From an uncultured delta proteobacterium (GTDB lineage: Bacteria; Desulfobacterota; Binatia; Binatales; Binataceae): 64,000 nucleotides of DNA. Under the pieces are notes generated by a model. It saw nothing but the letters and a program-made list of their open reading frames with translations. It had not been told where the DNA came from and ran no database searches. This document shows, piece after piece, positions 48,220 to 58,127 of this stretch; within the stretch, counting starts at the first letter, position 1, and every line of letters begins with the position of its first letter. The translations under genes and the position numbers were made by a program. The stretch spans positions 2,976,001 to 3,040,000 of the forward strand of contig CAWJET010000001.1 in NCBI GenBank assembly GCA_963842085.1. The letters run 5' to 3'.

Positions 48220-50721
48220 CTAGTCTTTTGCACGGGCGACCGCGTCTTCGATGGCCGGCATGTTCTTGCGATCCTGATCCGTGTACTGAGCCGGGCCGAG
48301 ATTGAAGGTCACCTTGTCAATCTTGCCCGTGAACTTGAACGGACAATCATAACGATACTCGACGAGTGCGACGCCGGTGCGGGTATCCAGCCCGACGTCG
48401 AAGTCTTCGTCTTCGGGGAACGTGATGGGAGTGGTGTGATCCATGTGCTTCCTGTCCACTTCCTTGCCGTCCACCGAGAGCACGCCGGTGCCGCCTTTGC
48501 CGAGGCCGGGGCCGTCGAGCTTGAAGTCGAACACGATGGTGTGTTTGCCGGCGCTCAGTTCCGGTCCTTCCCAAATCGTGCGCTTGAGATCGAGCAGATT
48601 GTAAAGAAACACGACCTTGCCGTGGCGGACTCCCAACTCGCCTTTGGAGAGGAACAAGCCGTAGCCGCCAAAGCGACCGCCCTCGGTGACGATCATGCCT
48701 TCGCCGCCGCCTTCAGGAATATCGACGTTGGCGGTGATGGTGTAGTCCTTGTCGAGGATGTTAGGCGCGGTGCTGGGCGGCACGCCGCTCAATTCACCCG
48801 AATAGGTGAATGTGGTCCGTCCCGCTGTGGCGCTCGGACGCTGCGTGAGGAAGCGTGCAAGCGTCGAGTTGTCGAGTGGCAGCACGTCGTATTTCTTCGC
48901 CTGCTCGTAAAAGACATCCTGCAATTGCTTGAGCTTGTCCGGCATCTTGTCGGCAAGGTCGTTGTACTCGGTGACGTCTTCATTGAGGTTGTACAGTTCC
49001 CACTTGTAACCGGTAATCACGTCGGGCGGCGTGGCGGTGCTCAGCTCCCATGGAAGACTTACCGGCGTCGTGACCGCCATCCAACCGTCCAGGTAAATGG
49101 CGCGGTTGCCGAGCATCTCAAAGTACTGTGTCGTGTGCCGCGTCGGTACATCGGCGTTCTTCTTGTCCCACGTGTACACCATACTAACGCCTTCAATCGG
49201 GCGCTGCTTGATGCCGTTGATCGTGTCGGGAGCTGGGATGCCGGTCGCATCAAGGATCGTCGGGACGATGTCGATGACGTGATGGAACTGATGGCGGATG
49301 CCACCCCCGTCCGTGATGTGGCCGGGCCATGACATGGCCATACCATTGGCCGTCCCGCCGCGATGCGACGCCACCTGCTTTACCCACTTGAACGGGGTAT
49401 CCATCGCCCACGCCCAGGCGGCCGCATAGTGCGGAAAGGTCCGATCCGATCCCCAGAAGGGATACCAGAGAAATTGATCCTTGACCGGCACGGCGACGCC
49501 ATTGAAGGTTGTGAACTCGTTCGGCGTGCCGTTGAGCATGCCCTCCGCGCTCGCGCCGTTGTCGCCGCTTATGTAGATGATCAACGTGTTGTCGAGTTCG
49601 CCCATGTCGTCGACGGCCTGGATGACCCGGCCGATTTCGTGGTCGGTGTAGGCTAGGAACGCGCCGTACACGTCGGCCTGCTTGATGTAGAGTTTTTTCT
49701 GCTCGAAACTCAGGGTATCCCACTCCGGCAGTTCCTTCGGCCACGGCGTCAGCTTCGCATCGGCGGGCATGATGCCGAGACGTTTCTGGTTGGCAAAGAT
49801 GGTATCGCGCAATTTGTTCCATCCGCCGTCGAACAAGTGCTGGTCGCCGATTTTCTTGATCCACTCGGGCGTCGGATGATGAGGCGCGTGAGTACCGCCG
49901 GGAACGTAGTAGACAAAGAACGGCTTGCCGGGCGCGATCTCCTTGAGCTGCGTCATGTAGTGGATGGCGTCGTCAGCCATCGCGGTGGTGAGGTTCCATC
50001 CGGGATGGCCATCGAAGGGGTAGATGGCCGTCGTGTTGCGGAACAGGTTCGGCTGCCACTGGCTCGTATCGCCGCCGACGAAGCCGTAGAAATACTCGAA
50101 GCCCATCCCGACGGGCCATTGATCGAATGGCCCGGCCTGGCTCGCCTGGTAGAAAGGCGTGTTGTGGTCCTTGCCGAACCAAGCAGTCGCGTACCCGTTC
50201 TCCTTGAGGATCTCGCCGATGGTGCCGGTGTCCTTCCTGATTATCGAATCGTACCCCGGGAACCCCGTCGCAGCTTCCCCCACAACCCCAAAGCCGGCCA
50301 CGTGATGGTTTCGTCCCGTGATCAAGGCGGCGCGCGTGGGTGAGCATAACGAAGTGGTATGGAACTGCGTGTACCGCAGCCCGTTTTTCGCGATGCGATC
50401 CAACGCCGGTGTCTCGACAACGCCGCCAAACGTGCTGGGCGCACCGAACCCCTCGTCGTCCGTCATGATGAGCAGAATGTTGGGCGCACCCTTGGGCGGT
50501 ACGATGCGCGGCGGCCACCAAGGCGTCGACTCCGAGGCTTTCTCCTTGATGACGCCGCCAAAATTCGGATCAGGCGGCGGAAGCTGATTTCCGGGGATGG
50601 TGGTGGTGGCGTTAGGTGCGCCCAACTCGCCGGTGACTTGCTGCGCGATGCAGGAGGACGAGGGGAGCGCAAATGCGAGGGCGCAGAGCGCAATCGCGAC
50701 AACATGTTTGATTCGGTTCAT
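48220..50721 (-). CDS. Secreted arylsulfatase (formylglycine-dependent)
   Basis: TDD, CSPTRAALITGR, GKDH, HAPHH, GDNG. Confidence 0.95.
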   Translation of the reverse strand: MNRIKHVVAIALCALAFALPSSSCIAQQVTGELGAPNATTTIPGNQLPPPDPNFGGVIKEKASESTPWWPPRIVPPKGAPNILLIMTDDEGFGAPSTFGGVVETPALDRIAKNGLRYTQFHTTSLCSPTRAALITGRNHHVAGFGVVGEAATGFPGYDSIIRKDTGTIGEILKENGYATAWFGKDHNTPFYQASQAGPFDQWPVGMGFEYFYGFVGGDTSQWQPNLFRNTTAIYPFDGHPGWNLTTAMADDAIHYMTQLKEIAPGKPFFVYYVPGGTHAPHHPTPEWIKKIGDQHLFDGGWNKLRDTIFANQKRLGIMPADAKLTPWPKELPEWDTLSFEQKKLYIKQADVYGAFLAYTDHEIGRVIQAVDDMGELDNTLIIYISGDNGASAEGMLNGTPNEFTTFNGVAVPVKDQFLWYPFWGSDRTFPHYAAAWAWAMDTPFKWVKQVASHRGGTANGMAMSWPGHITDGGGIRHQFHHVIDIVPTILDATGIPAPDTINGIKQRPIEGVSMVYTWDKKNADVPTRHTTQYFEMLGNRAIYLDGWMAVTTPVSLPWELSTATPPDVITGYKWELYNLNEDVTEYNDLADKMPDKLKQLQDVFYEQAKKYDVLPLDNSTLARFLTQRPSATAGRTTFTYSGELSGVPPSTAPNILDKDYTITANVDIPEGGGEGMIVTEGGRFGGYGLFLSKGELGVRHGKVVFLYNLLDLKRTIWEGPELSAGKHTIVFDFKLDGPGLGKGGTGVLSVDGKEVDRKHMDHTTPITFPEDEDFDVGLDTRTGVALVEYRYDCPFKFTGKIDKVTFNLGPAQYTDQDRKNMPAIEDAVARAKD

Positions 50722-50909
50722 ACGAAGATTATCCTTTAAGACTTGGCAAATCTTTCCGTGGACAGTTATGGTCGTCTTTCCTTCCGGACGACTTCTGGAA
50801 GATCCGAAGTGTACGGTTCAGGTAGTCGAGCAGATTTGAGCCAGCGCCAAGCTTTGGAGGGCAAATTGTATCTGCGGCCGATGCTTTCGCGTTCCCAGCA
50901 CAGTCGGCT

Positions 50910-51206
50910 TTACTGCTTCATCACGATTACGTTTCCGTCCTGGTCCAGCTTGACGCAATCAACCTGTTGCCCCGAGTAGTATGGCCCGCAGATCGATTTG
51001 TCCACATTCGGGCATTTGTATAGATTGGTGCCAATCTGCTGGCATTGCGTAACGTCGAAATGCAGTCGGGTCTGCAGTTTCTCTTGGGACGCCTGCGAGG
51101 GCGGAAAGATGTAGCATCCCGACAACGCGATCATCGTCGCCAATACCGTGAATGCCCCCACTTTTAACGAGCGCCGGTGGATAGTGCCTGCCTCATTGTT
51201 TTTCAT
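50910..51206 (-). CDS. Small lipoprotein with four conserved Cys in the mature domain
   Basis: LSGC lipobox; paralog of 63139-63438. Confidence 0.75.
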   Translation of the reverse strand: MKNNEAGTIHRRSLKVGAFTVLATMIALSGCYIFPPSQASQEKLQTRLHFDVTQCQQIGTNLYKCPNVDKSICGPYYSGQQVDCVKLDQDGNVIVMKQ

Positions 51207-51370
51207 AGTTTTGATCCTCCTCGTTTCAAAGACCTAGCGCGCTTTTGATGAGCTTTTCAGGCTAGCACGACTACCATTGCAACCTCGCTGGAGCCAACCA
51301 CAAAATTCGAAGCTCGTTTTGTGCACTCGTATCCACCCTCTGCCCCAGACTGACCACCCTATGGCAATCG

Positions 51371-52300
51371 TCATGGCTGCGAAACTATGTAGACGACCTG
51401 ACTACCGCTATAAAACGGCTTGTAGTAAACCCCATTTGCGCTGTAGTAAGTGCTTCCATTGATAGTCGTAGGGAACGCACCTGCGGGAAGCGAATACACC
51501 GTGGAGCCCACCGCCGGAGTACCATATGAAGCTGGCTGATATCCGTACGGTGGATTGTTCTCGATGATCGTCGTCGACGGAGTCTGGCTCTGCGCATTGG
51601 CTGTCATCATCGAGCCGACTGCCATGCCGCCCACTGCTCCCAACGCAGCCGCGCCCAATGCCTCGCCGGTGCTCGAGCCGCCGTCACCGTCGCTGCAGCA
51701 GTCGTTATACGGACCATAGGAGCCGCCGCCGTAGTAGTTGGTGTCGCCTGCATTGTTGTTGATCGTGGCATCTTGTTTGTTCTGTAGCTGCTTTTCGGTG
51801 TTTTCGTTGTTCTTCTGAAGAGTATTAGCTTCGTTGTACTGGGCCTGCTTCTGGGCCGTCTGATTGGTATCGTAGGTATTGTAAGCGTTGCCATTGCCCT
51901 TCTGATATTCGCTTGACGATTGCGAGCTGCTGTTGGGGTGGTACTCGTTTGACGATGACCGAGAACCGCTATTCTGGTGCTGCCACGAACTGGCACCACC
52001 ATTTGAATGATCCTTAGACGAGCTACCGCTATGGCCGAAGCTTCCGCCGCCGAAACCATCGCCACCAAATCCTTTGAAGCCGCCGCCCCCTCCACCACCG
52101 AAGCTGTGCCCCCCTCCGCCGCCTCCGCCACCGCCAAAGCCGTGGAATCCCCCACCCCCGCCCCCGCCAAAGCGTCCTCCACCGCCGCCACCGCCAAATC
52201 TTGCCGATGCTTGCGGAATGGCGACGAGGGAGATCGCAATCGCCAACATCGTTGTAAGTGTAAACACGCGAGCGAATCGGACATTGCCTCTCGTAATCAT
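51371..52300 (-). CDS. Secreted Gly-rich low-complexity protein
   Basis: Signal peptide, FGGGG repeats, Q/N/S-rich middle, Tyr-rich C-terminal domain. Confidence 0.75.
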   Translation of the reverse strand: MITRGNVRFARVFTLTTMLAIAISLVAIPQASARFGGGGGGGRFGGGGGGGFHGFGGGGGGGGGHSFGGGGGGGFKGFGGDGFGGGSFGHSGSSSKDHSNGGASSWQHQNSGSRSSSNEYHPNSSSQSSSEYQKGNGNAYNTYDTNQTAQKQAQYNEANTLQKNNENTEKQLQNKQDATINNNAGDTNYYGGGSYGPYNDCCSDGDGGSSTGEALGAAALGAVGGMAVGSMMTANAQSQTPSTTIIENNPPYGYQPASYGTPAVGSTVYSLPAGAFPTTINGSTYYSANGVYYKPFYSGSQVVYIVSQP

Positions 52301-53082
52301 GGCTTCGACTCCTTAACCGTCATGAACTCGATCCGCTTGAAGTCCTTGGGCACAGCTGGCCGAAAACGGCTGGCCGGTAGTTTTTGCGGAAACTTCCAAT
52401 CTGAAAGCAACGCAATGTATTCAGGCGATCCCGGCAAGTTCCTATAGTTGATCACGACCTTGCGAGGGATTGGCTTTCCCGAGCGATCGAGCCAGAGTTG
52501 GAAATCGGCTTTTGGCGATGAAAAAGCGATGTGATCGCATTCGACACCGTTGACGTCTCCTGGTCCGACGTACCCGCCATAGGTGATCTCTTTGCGGAGT
52601 AACTTGCATGTATCGCTCGCTGCGAAGTCGGACAGAGGAATCGTGAGGTTCATGTCCGCTACGCGATCCAGCATCCCGTCGATGACTGAAGGCACCGCAA
52701 CGGTCGCATAGACCATGCGCGAGGGGTCGAGGATGGTTAGAGTACCGTCGCTGTACCAAAGCTCCTTTGCCCCGAGGTCGCTCTGGTAGTCGACGGCGAG
52801 TTCGTCCGGTCGCTGAACCGAGAAGTCCATGGCGCCCGCGAACTGAACCTTCACGTCGGGAGGCAGCACCTGATCGAACATTATCTCGGCGTGGAAGCTG
52901 AACGCGTCGGCCGAACTGAGCGTCTGGCATGCTTTGGTCAACAGTTTGTCAGCGTATGGGGCGATGCCGCTCGGGGGCGCGGTGGAGGTCGACGCCGGTT
53001 CGGCAGCGAATGTAACGCAAATGGTGCCGAGAACTATGCCGAGAAAAAGCCCGAGGTTAACGATCAAATCTTTGCTTCGCAT
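52297..53082 (-). CDS. DUF2092-like periplasmic protein
   Basis: VQRPD, CDHIAF, DFQLW...PRKVVI, DW..F pattern. Confidence 0.8.
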   Translation of the reverse strand: MRSKDLIVNLGLFLGIVLGTICVTFAAEPASTSTAPPSGIAPYADKLLTKACQTLSSADAFSFHAEIMFDQVLPPDVKVQFAGAMDFSVQRPDELAVDYQSDLGAKELWYSDGTLTILDPSRMVYATVAVPSVIDGMLDRVADMNLTIPLSDFAASDTCKLLRKEITYGGYVGPGDVNGVECDHIAFSSPKADFQLWLDRSGKPIPRKVVINYRNLPGSPEYIALLSDWKFPQKLPASRFRPAVPKDFKRIEFMTVKESKP

Positions 53083-53163
53083 TGTTCGCCTCTGTACCTA
53101 TAAAATCCGATCTCGGTTTCGCACGTCGTCTGCAAATATCTCAAATTACACAATCCGCGGATA

Positions 53164-53179
53164 TTGGACTTTGGTCTAA
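53164..53179 (-). promoter_or_regulatory. 16-bp palindromic box
   Basis: TTGGACTTTGGTCTAA upstream of the DUF2092 gene. Confidence 0.8.
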
Positions 53180-53348
53180 CGCGGACACCTATGGCTTCCG
53201 GTACCAGCGCAGGCGCCCATAGCGTTCGAAACATTAGAAACAAGTGTTACGTGTGGTTGTGGCCTGTATGCATGTCTCTGCGTTCTCCTTTTCTGCTTTG
53301 CCTCACATGTCGTGCTTAGGAACTTTCGCTGCCTCCCGGAATCCAGAT

Positions 53349-54673
53349 CTAAACTTTCCAGATTACATTGAGCGCGACGAAGTTCAGATAGTCGGTCGAG
53401 TAGTGCCCCTGCAATGTCCCTGCGAGCGATCCGCGGCGAGCACTGAAAGGAGCGGGGCCTGCGTCCACGAACTCCCACGCAACGCCGGCGGTTACGTCGC
53501 GATTAATCTGATATTGGATGCCAGTGCCATATCGTAACTGGCGATCGATGGGTAGGGTGGGCACGCGGTTCGCTCGCGATACCGGCGAACTGTCATATGC
53601 AAATCCCGCCGACCAGAGCCACTTTTCACCGATCCGTAACTGCTGCCCAATCGCGAGCTGAAAGGTGTCGGAGAAATTCAGGTTGACGTCAACGGTCCGC
53701 TGCTTTCTCGCGGAGATTCCGATCGGGAACTCTCCGAACGCAGACCAGTTCTGCCAGCCAACGTTGCCCATCAGGCTCCAGTTCGAGGTGACTTCGTAAA
53801 GTCCACTCAGCATTACCTGCTGCGGCACTTCCATCGGGATATTGATCTTTGCTCCACCGACTCTGTTGCGAACACGGTTGAGGGCGGGACCGAGACCCGT
53901 GAGATGCGGTCGAAAGCCGAACTTGTAATCGACCGGCGATTGATAGGTCAGTCCGACGCGAAGTTTCTTGATAGGTCTTAGCAGAATGCCGACGTTACCT
54001 CCGAATGCCTCATCCCAGGACTCGATCGAGAGGCCACCGTCCGGCACACGCGGAAGTGCGTTGTTGATCTTCGATTGGAAAGCAGACGCCCGACTGAAAA
54101 GCTAAATCCCGCTCCCACTGAGAGCCAGTCATTCACCATATAGGCGATTGACGGATTGACTTGACCGGTGATAAGTGGCTCCTGCGTTACGTAGTATCGT
54201 CCCGTCCATTTCTTTCCGTAGTTGAATGCTGCTACGAAATCGGAATCGGCAGCCACACCGAGCCGAACCTGCTCCGATAGCCTGTACACGTAGAAGAAAC
54301 CTCCGACAGGTAGGAAGACTCCGGCATTGCCGCCGCCTCCGCCGGGTGTTGTCGTTTCCGGGGCGATATCGAAGTTGGTCGAAGGAAGGAGCGCTCCAGA
54401 AGCACCTAGCAGCTGCGAGCGGTCTAGTAGCGTCATTCCGGCTGGATTGGCGGCGGCAGTCGAGGCATCTGCAGCCATCGCGGCTCGTCCGGCGCTTGCA
54501 GTTCCGAGGTCGGGCGCTCCGGTCTCATACAGCAGCAAGCCGGCGCCGCGCGCTGACGTGGCAACTGTCATCAAGATGGCTGTCGCAAGCGAGACAGTCC
54601 TGCGAACCCTGCGCGACGGGGATTGCTTGCAGAGCAATGCGGCGACCACCCGCCCTGCAAATCCACTTTTCAT
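53349..54673 (-). pseudogene. FadL/TodX-like outer-membrane channel with a -1 frameshift at 54079-54081
   Basis: AGLLLYE, DASTAAANPAGM, NPSIAY, AGFAYDSSP; one extra T joins GRLL-FQSKINN to ORF 53349-54047. Confidence 0.85.
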
Positions 54674-54731
54674 CTACAACTCGCTCCCCGCGTCGTGTGT
54701 TCGTTTGGGTCGATTGTAATCAGCGCCGTGC

Positions 54732-55454
54732 TCAGGAACTCCATCCCTGTCGATTGTAGTAGTTGACTACCTGCTGAACGATCTGGTCGGTGGTCTTATC
54801 TACGAGATAACCGGTTGAAGAGGTAATGTTCTTCACGCCTCCGGCTGCGAGGTTTACGCCGAGCGACGCGGCCGCTGTGGCGCCGCCCGCAGCTGCTCCA
54901 GCTGGTCCGGTGATTCCGGCACCGGGCATGTAGCCGCTATCAGCGTTGGTAGCGAAGTCGATTATCTCGGTCGAGCCTTGATCGGTCTTCTGAATAACCT
55001 GGACCACTGTATCCACCTTCGATGCGCCTGCGCCAAGGCCGATAACCATTCGACGCAACCGGTTTCCTTGGCTAATGTCGGTAAACTGACCATCGAGGAT
55101 GAGCACGTTGTTACCGGTCGGAGCCACACCGCGCTGCAGGCAGGTAGTATTGATGCCCTTTCCCGTTAAGTCCGCCGCGACCTGGACGCAGATATTTTGC
55201 GCAGTCTGGCGAGCGATCTGGAGCTGCTCAGCATCGTCGTTCGCGTCAGTCATGTTGCGGTAGGCTACCTGAAAGATACCAGAGTTAAGGGATACATCGG
55301 ATGCGCTTGCAGCGAACGGATAAACGACCACTGCGGTGGGTGGTGTGGCCGATATGGGCGCCGCGGAACTCGATTGCGTGACATGCGCACCCGCGCAGCC
55401 GAAGGTCGCGACCGCTAAAACCGCGTAGATTCTCTTCAATACTTTGGACTTCAT
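54732..55454 (-). CDS. DUF4410-like lipoprotein
   Basis: TFGC lipobox; GNRLRRMVIGLGAGAS motif. Confidence 0.8.
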   Translation of the reverse strand: MKSKVLKRIYAVLAVATFGCAGAHVTQSSSAAPISATPPTAVVVYPFAASASDVSLNSGIFQVAYRNMTDANDDAEQLQIARQTAQNICVQVAADLTGKGINTTCLQRGVAPTGNNVLILDGQFTDISQGNRLRRMVIGLGAGASKVDTVVQVIQKTDQGSTEIIDFATNADSGYMPGAGITGPAGAAAGGATAAASLGVNLAAGGVKNITSSTGYLVDKTTDQIVQQVVNYYNRQGWSS

Positions 55455-55519
55455 GATTCATCTCCTTTAATCTTAGTTGATTCCTTCTAACTCTTACCTT
55501 TATCTCAGGTTTTTGCATA

Positions 55520-55535
55520 TTGGACTTTGGTCCAA
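55520..55535 (-). promoter_or_regulatory. 16-bp palindromic box
   Basis: TTGGACTTTGGTCCAA upstream of the DUF4410 gene. Confidence 0.85.
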
Positions 55536-55566
55536 CTCGCCGGCTTGGAACGGAATTGCCTTAACC

Positions 55567-56475
55567 TCATAGCTCTAATTTGGGTAACAGCAGACTCACT
55601 CCAAATCTCAGCGTTAATTGCTCAGTCTGAAGGTCAAACTGTCGATAGACCATCCATTCAGCGGAGAACGACGTGTCCATTGCGTAGCCTTCACCGAACT
55701 TCCAGACTTTCCCAAATCCGGCACTGAGTGGTATTTCGGTGGAAGTGTGGTGACGGTAATTGATCTTCCAAGTGGCGTCGGCAGATTTCAGATACCATCC
55801 GCGATCTAGCTGATAGGTAAGGATCGGTTGGATCTGGAGCGAGCTGACCGGAACCGAATGCGACGATGTGTACGCGAACGACGTCGCCTGCTGAAAGAGA
55901 CCCGCAATCTGTAACCGCGGAATTCCTCGATAGCCGAAAGCCCAGGCCGGCCCCACCTGCCACGCACCCTTGCCGGTGAACTGACTGGTGGACGTCGGGA
56001 ATACGAAATACGGCCCGATCCCCCAGCGAAAGCGCGTTTCCTTCGCGTCCGGCCAGGGCATCACGAACAGGTCCAGAAGTTGGAAGTCGTCGAGAGCAGT
56101 GGTCGTTGAGGCGCCTTTGTTACGAGGAACTGTCACGACTTGAATACTCGGACGGATGAGCTGCTCCAGTGGAGCGAACAATTCTGGGCGCACCGCAAAG
56201 AGTGGCCGGAACTGCAGTGTGTTCGGCTGCGCATTCGTACCGAACTCCGCCGGCGTGTAAATGTCCTGGATCTTGAACTGAGTCAGACTCGCGGTCGGAT
56301 CGTTTACCTTCTCCGCCAGGGATTCATCCGGGGCGCTGGCGGACGTGGTCTGCTGCGCGCGAGCGGGTGAAGAGCCGGCCGACAGGATGAACAGCGCGAT
56401 ACTGAGGACGGCGCACGATCGACATGGGTGTCGCGCGGCATCGCAAGCAACGACTCCGCCTGTGAGATCGCTCAC
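55567..56475 (-). CDS. Outer-membrane beta-barrel ('neuromedin U'-like), second paralog
   Basis: LAEKVNDP, WGIGPYFVFPT, GKGAWQVGP, IPLSAGFGKV. Confidence 0.75.
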   Translation of the reverse strand: MSDLTGGVVACDAARHPCRSCAVLSIALFILSAGSSPARAQQTTSASAPDESLAEKVNDPTASLTQFKIQDIYTPAEFGTNAQPNTLQFRPLFAVRPELFAPLEQLIRPSIQVVTVPRNKGASTTTALDDFQLLDLFVMPWPDAKETRFRWGIGPYFVFPTSTSQFTGKGAWQVGPAWAFGYRGIPRLQIAGLFQQATSFAYTSSHSVPVSSLQIQPILTYQLDRGWYLKSADATWKINYRHHTSTEIPLSAGFGKVWKFGEGYAMDTSFSAEWMVYRQFDLQTEQLTLRFGVSLLLPKLEL

Positions 56476-56479
56476 AGCG

Positions 56480-57208
56480 TTATTGAGCTGCCGGCGTACG
56501 CCCCTGGAGCTCGAGCAGGCGGCTCGTTATCCGCTCTGCCCAGTAGTCCATCGCGGCTTTGGCGTCGCCCCATTCCCATGTCGCAGCCTGGCTGATTGCC
56601 ATACCACCGCTGCGCTTGTCGACGGCGCCGGCGATAAACTGGTTAGTCGCGCCATCGGTCGCCATCATCTCGGCTTCAGCCGAACCAGCGAAAGCGTAAC
56701 TCCCGGTCGCCAGCGACTGGATTCCGTTGAGAGCTCGGGCCTGCGGAATAACGACCGATACTGTGCGCAAAACGGGAGTCGCAGTGGTGGCGTTGACGAT
56801 CGCGACTCGCAGCACCAGCACGCCCGGTCCGGGCTGGTCGACGAGCGTGAAATCCTTTGACAGATCTTCCTTGAGCTTATTGTGGAAGTAGTCCCCCAGC
56901 ATCTGCTGATCCGACGCCGACACTGTAGTGCTTGGGTCGTCCCAGAATTCAACTGGCTGCAGGAAAATCTTGTTGTACTGGCTCCATTGTGCGTTCGGAT
57001 TGGTGTACACCATTGCCGCCTGGCTCCCCGTGCCGGGTTGCAGCAACGATGCACCCTGCCCGAAGAATCCACTGATCACCGGAGCTGGCGTGGCGCCTTC
57101 AACTTGTTGCATGACTGCCGGTTTGCTTTCCACGGTTTGAGCACATCCAGACATGAGCAGACCGCAGAACAGAGTGGCAACTGCAGGCGCTACAATTGAG
57201 ACTTTCAT
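56480..57208 (-). CDS. DUF3313-like lipoprotein
   Basis: MSGC lipobox; SGFF, PGPGVL.LR.AI, W..A..A.DYWA. Confidence 0.8.
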   Translation of the reverse strand: MKVSIVAPAVATLFCGLLMSGCAQTVESKPAVMQQVEGATPAPVISGFFGQGASLLQPGTGSQAAMVYTNPNAQWSQYNKIFLQPVEFWDDPSTTVSASDQQMLGDYFHNKLKEDLSKDFTLVDQPGPGVLVLRVAIVNATTATPVLRTVSVVIPQARALNGIQSLATGSYAFAGSAEAEMMATDGATNQFIAGAVDKRSGGMAISQAATWEWGDAKAAMDYWAERITSRLLELQGRTPAAQ

Positions 57209-57299
57209 AAAGCGCTACCTCCCGCACGGTTTCGTTCGGCGGCAAACCTTGGTGGCTCCACCCGGAATCACTTTTGCGTGTCTTCCGTATGCAAGTAAA

Positions 57300-57315
57300 T
57301 TGGACTTTGGTCCAA
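57300..57315 (-). promoter_or_regulatory. 16-bp palindromic box
   Basis: TTGGACTTTGGTCCAA upstream of the DUF3313 gene. Confidence 0.85.
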
Positions 57316-57451
57316 TAGAAGCGCGAAGGCATCTTTCTCCTTGTTCTGAACGCGATGCTGTCCTTTCTCTACTGAAGAAGAAGTGCGATCGGAATCGGTG
57401 GCAAACGGCCCCGAGCGCCAAAAGCAGACCGAGTTGCGGGCGCGCGGAGCG

Positions 57452-58108
57452 TTACGAGGACAACTTGCCTTTTGCTTTGGAGAAGTCGGTTCCCGTCGGA
57501 CGAACACCAAGACGCTCCGCCATCACGACGAGATGAGCAAGCGACTCCGCTCTCATCTTTTCCATCACCCGCGCTCGATGAACCTTGATTGTCTTTTCGC
57601 CCGTTCCGAGCTCGTGACCGATCTGCTTGTTGAGCAAACCACTGGTCACCAGCACTAACACTTCCCGCTCGCGGGGAGTCAGAAACTCGTATCGACGACG
57701 AAGTTCTTCGAGTTCACCGTACGAGGTTTTCTGCTTGCGGCTGCGTTCGGCGGAACGCCGAATTGCCGCGATGAGAGCTTTGTCATCGACTGGCTTCTCC
57801 AGGAAGTCCACCGCGCCAGCCCGGATCGCGTTGACCGTCATGGGAATATCGCCGTGGCCCGTTATGAAGACGACGGAAAGGTAGGGCAAGGTTTCAGCGA
57901 GAGTCTCCTGCAGCTTGAAGCCATCAATTCCGGGCATGCGGACGTCTGTCACGGCACAATCGAACTGATCGCGCTTTAAGCTTCCGAGAAACTCGTTTGC
58001 TGAAGAAAAAGTAACTACCTGGATTCCGGCCGTTTTGATCAGCCGTGCCAATGAGGTCCGCGCTGATTCGTCATCATCGATTAGGGCGATTTTGATCGAG
58101 GCAGGCAT
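57452..58108 (-). CDS. FixJ/StyR-family response regulator (REC + LuxR HTH)
   Basis: IDDD, TDVRMPG, TGHGDI, DFLEKP, LTPREREV...LNKQI...TIKVHR. Confidence 0.95.
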   Translation of the reverse strand: MPASIKIALIDDDESARTSLARLIKTAGIQVVTFSSANEFLGSLKRDQFDCAVTDVRMPGIDGFKLQETLAETLPYLSVVFITGHGDIPMTVNAIRAGAVDFLEKPVDDKALIAAIRRSAERSRKQKTSYGELEELRRRYEFLTPREREVLVLVTSGLLNKQIGHELGTGEKTIKVHRARVMEKMRAESLAHLVVMAERLGVRPTGTDFSKAKGKLSS

Positions 58109-58127
58109 CGTGCCGGCGCTGTCCGAA

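Noticed and set aside
900-54081. Programmed frameshifting or phase variation at the indel sites
   Set aside because: No slippery heptamers or long homopolymer/SSR tracts at these positions
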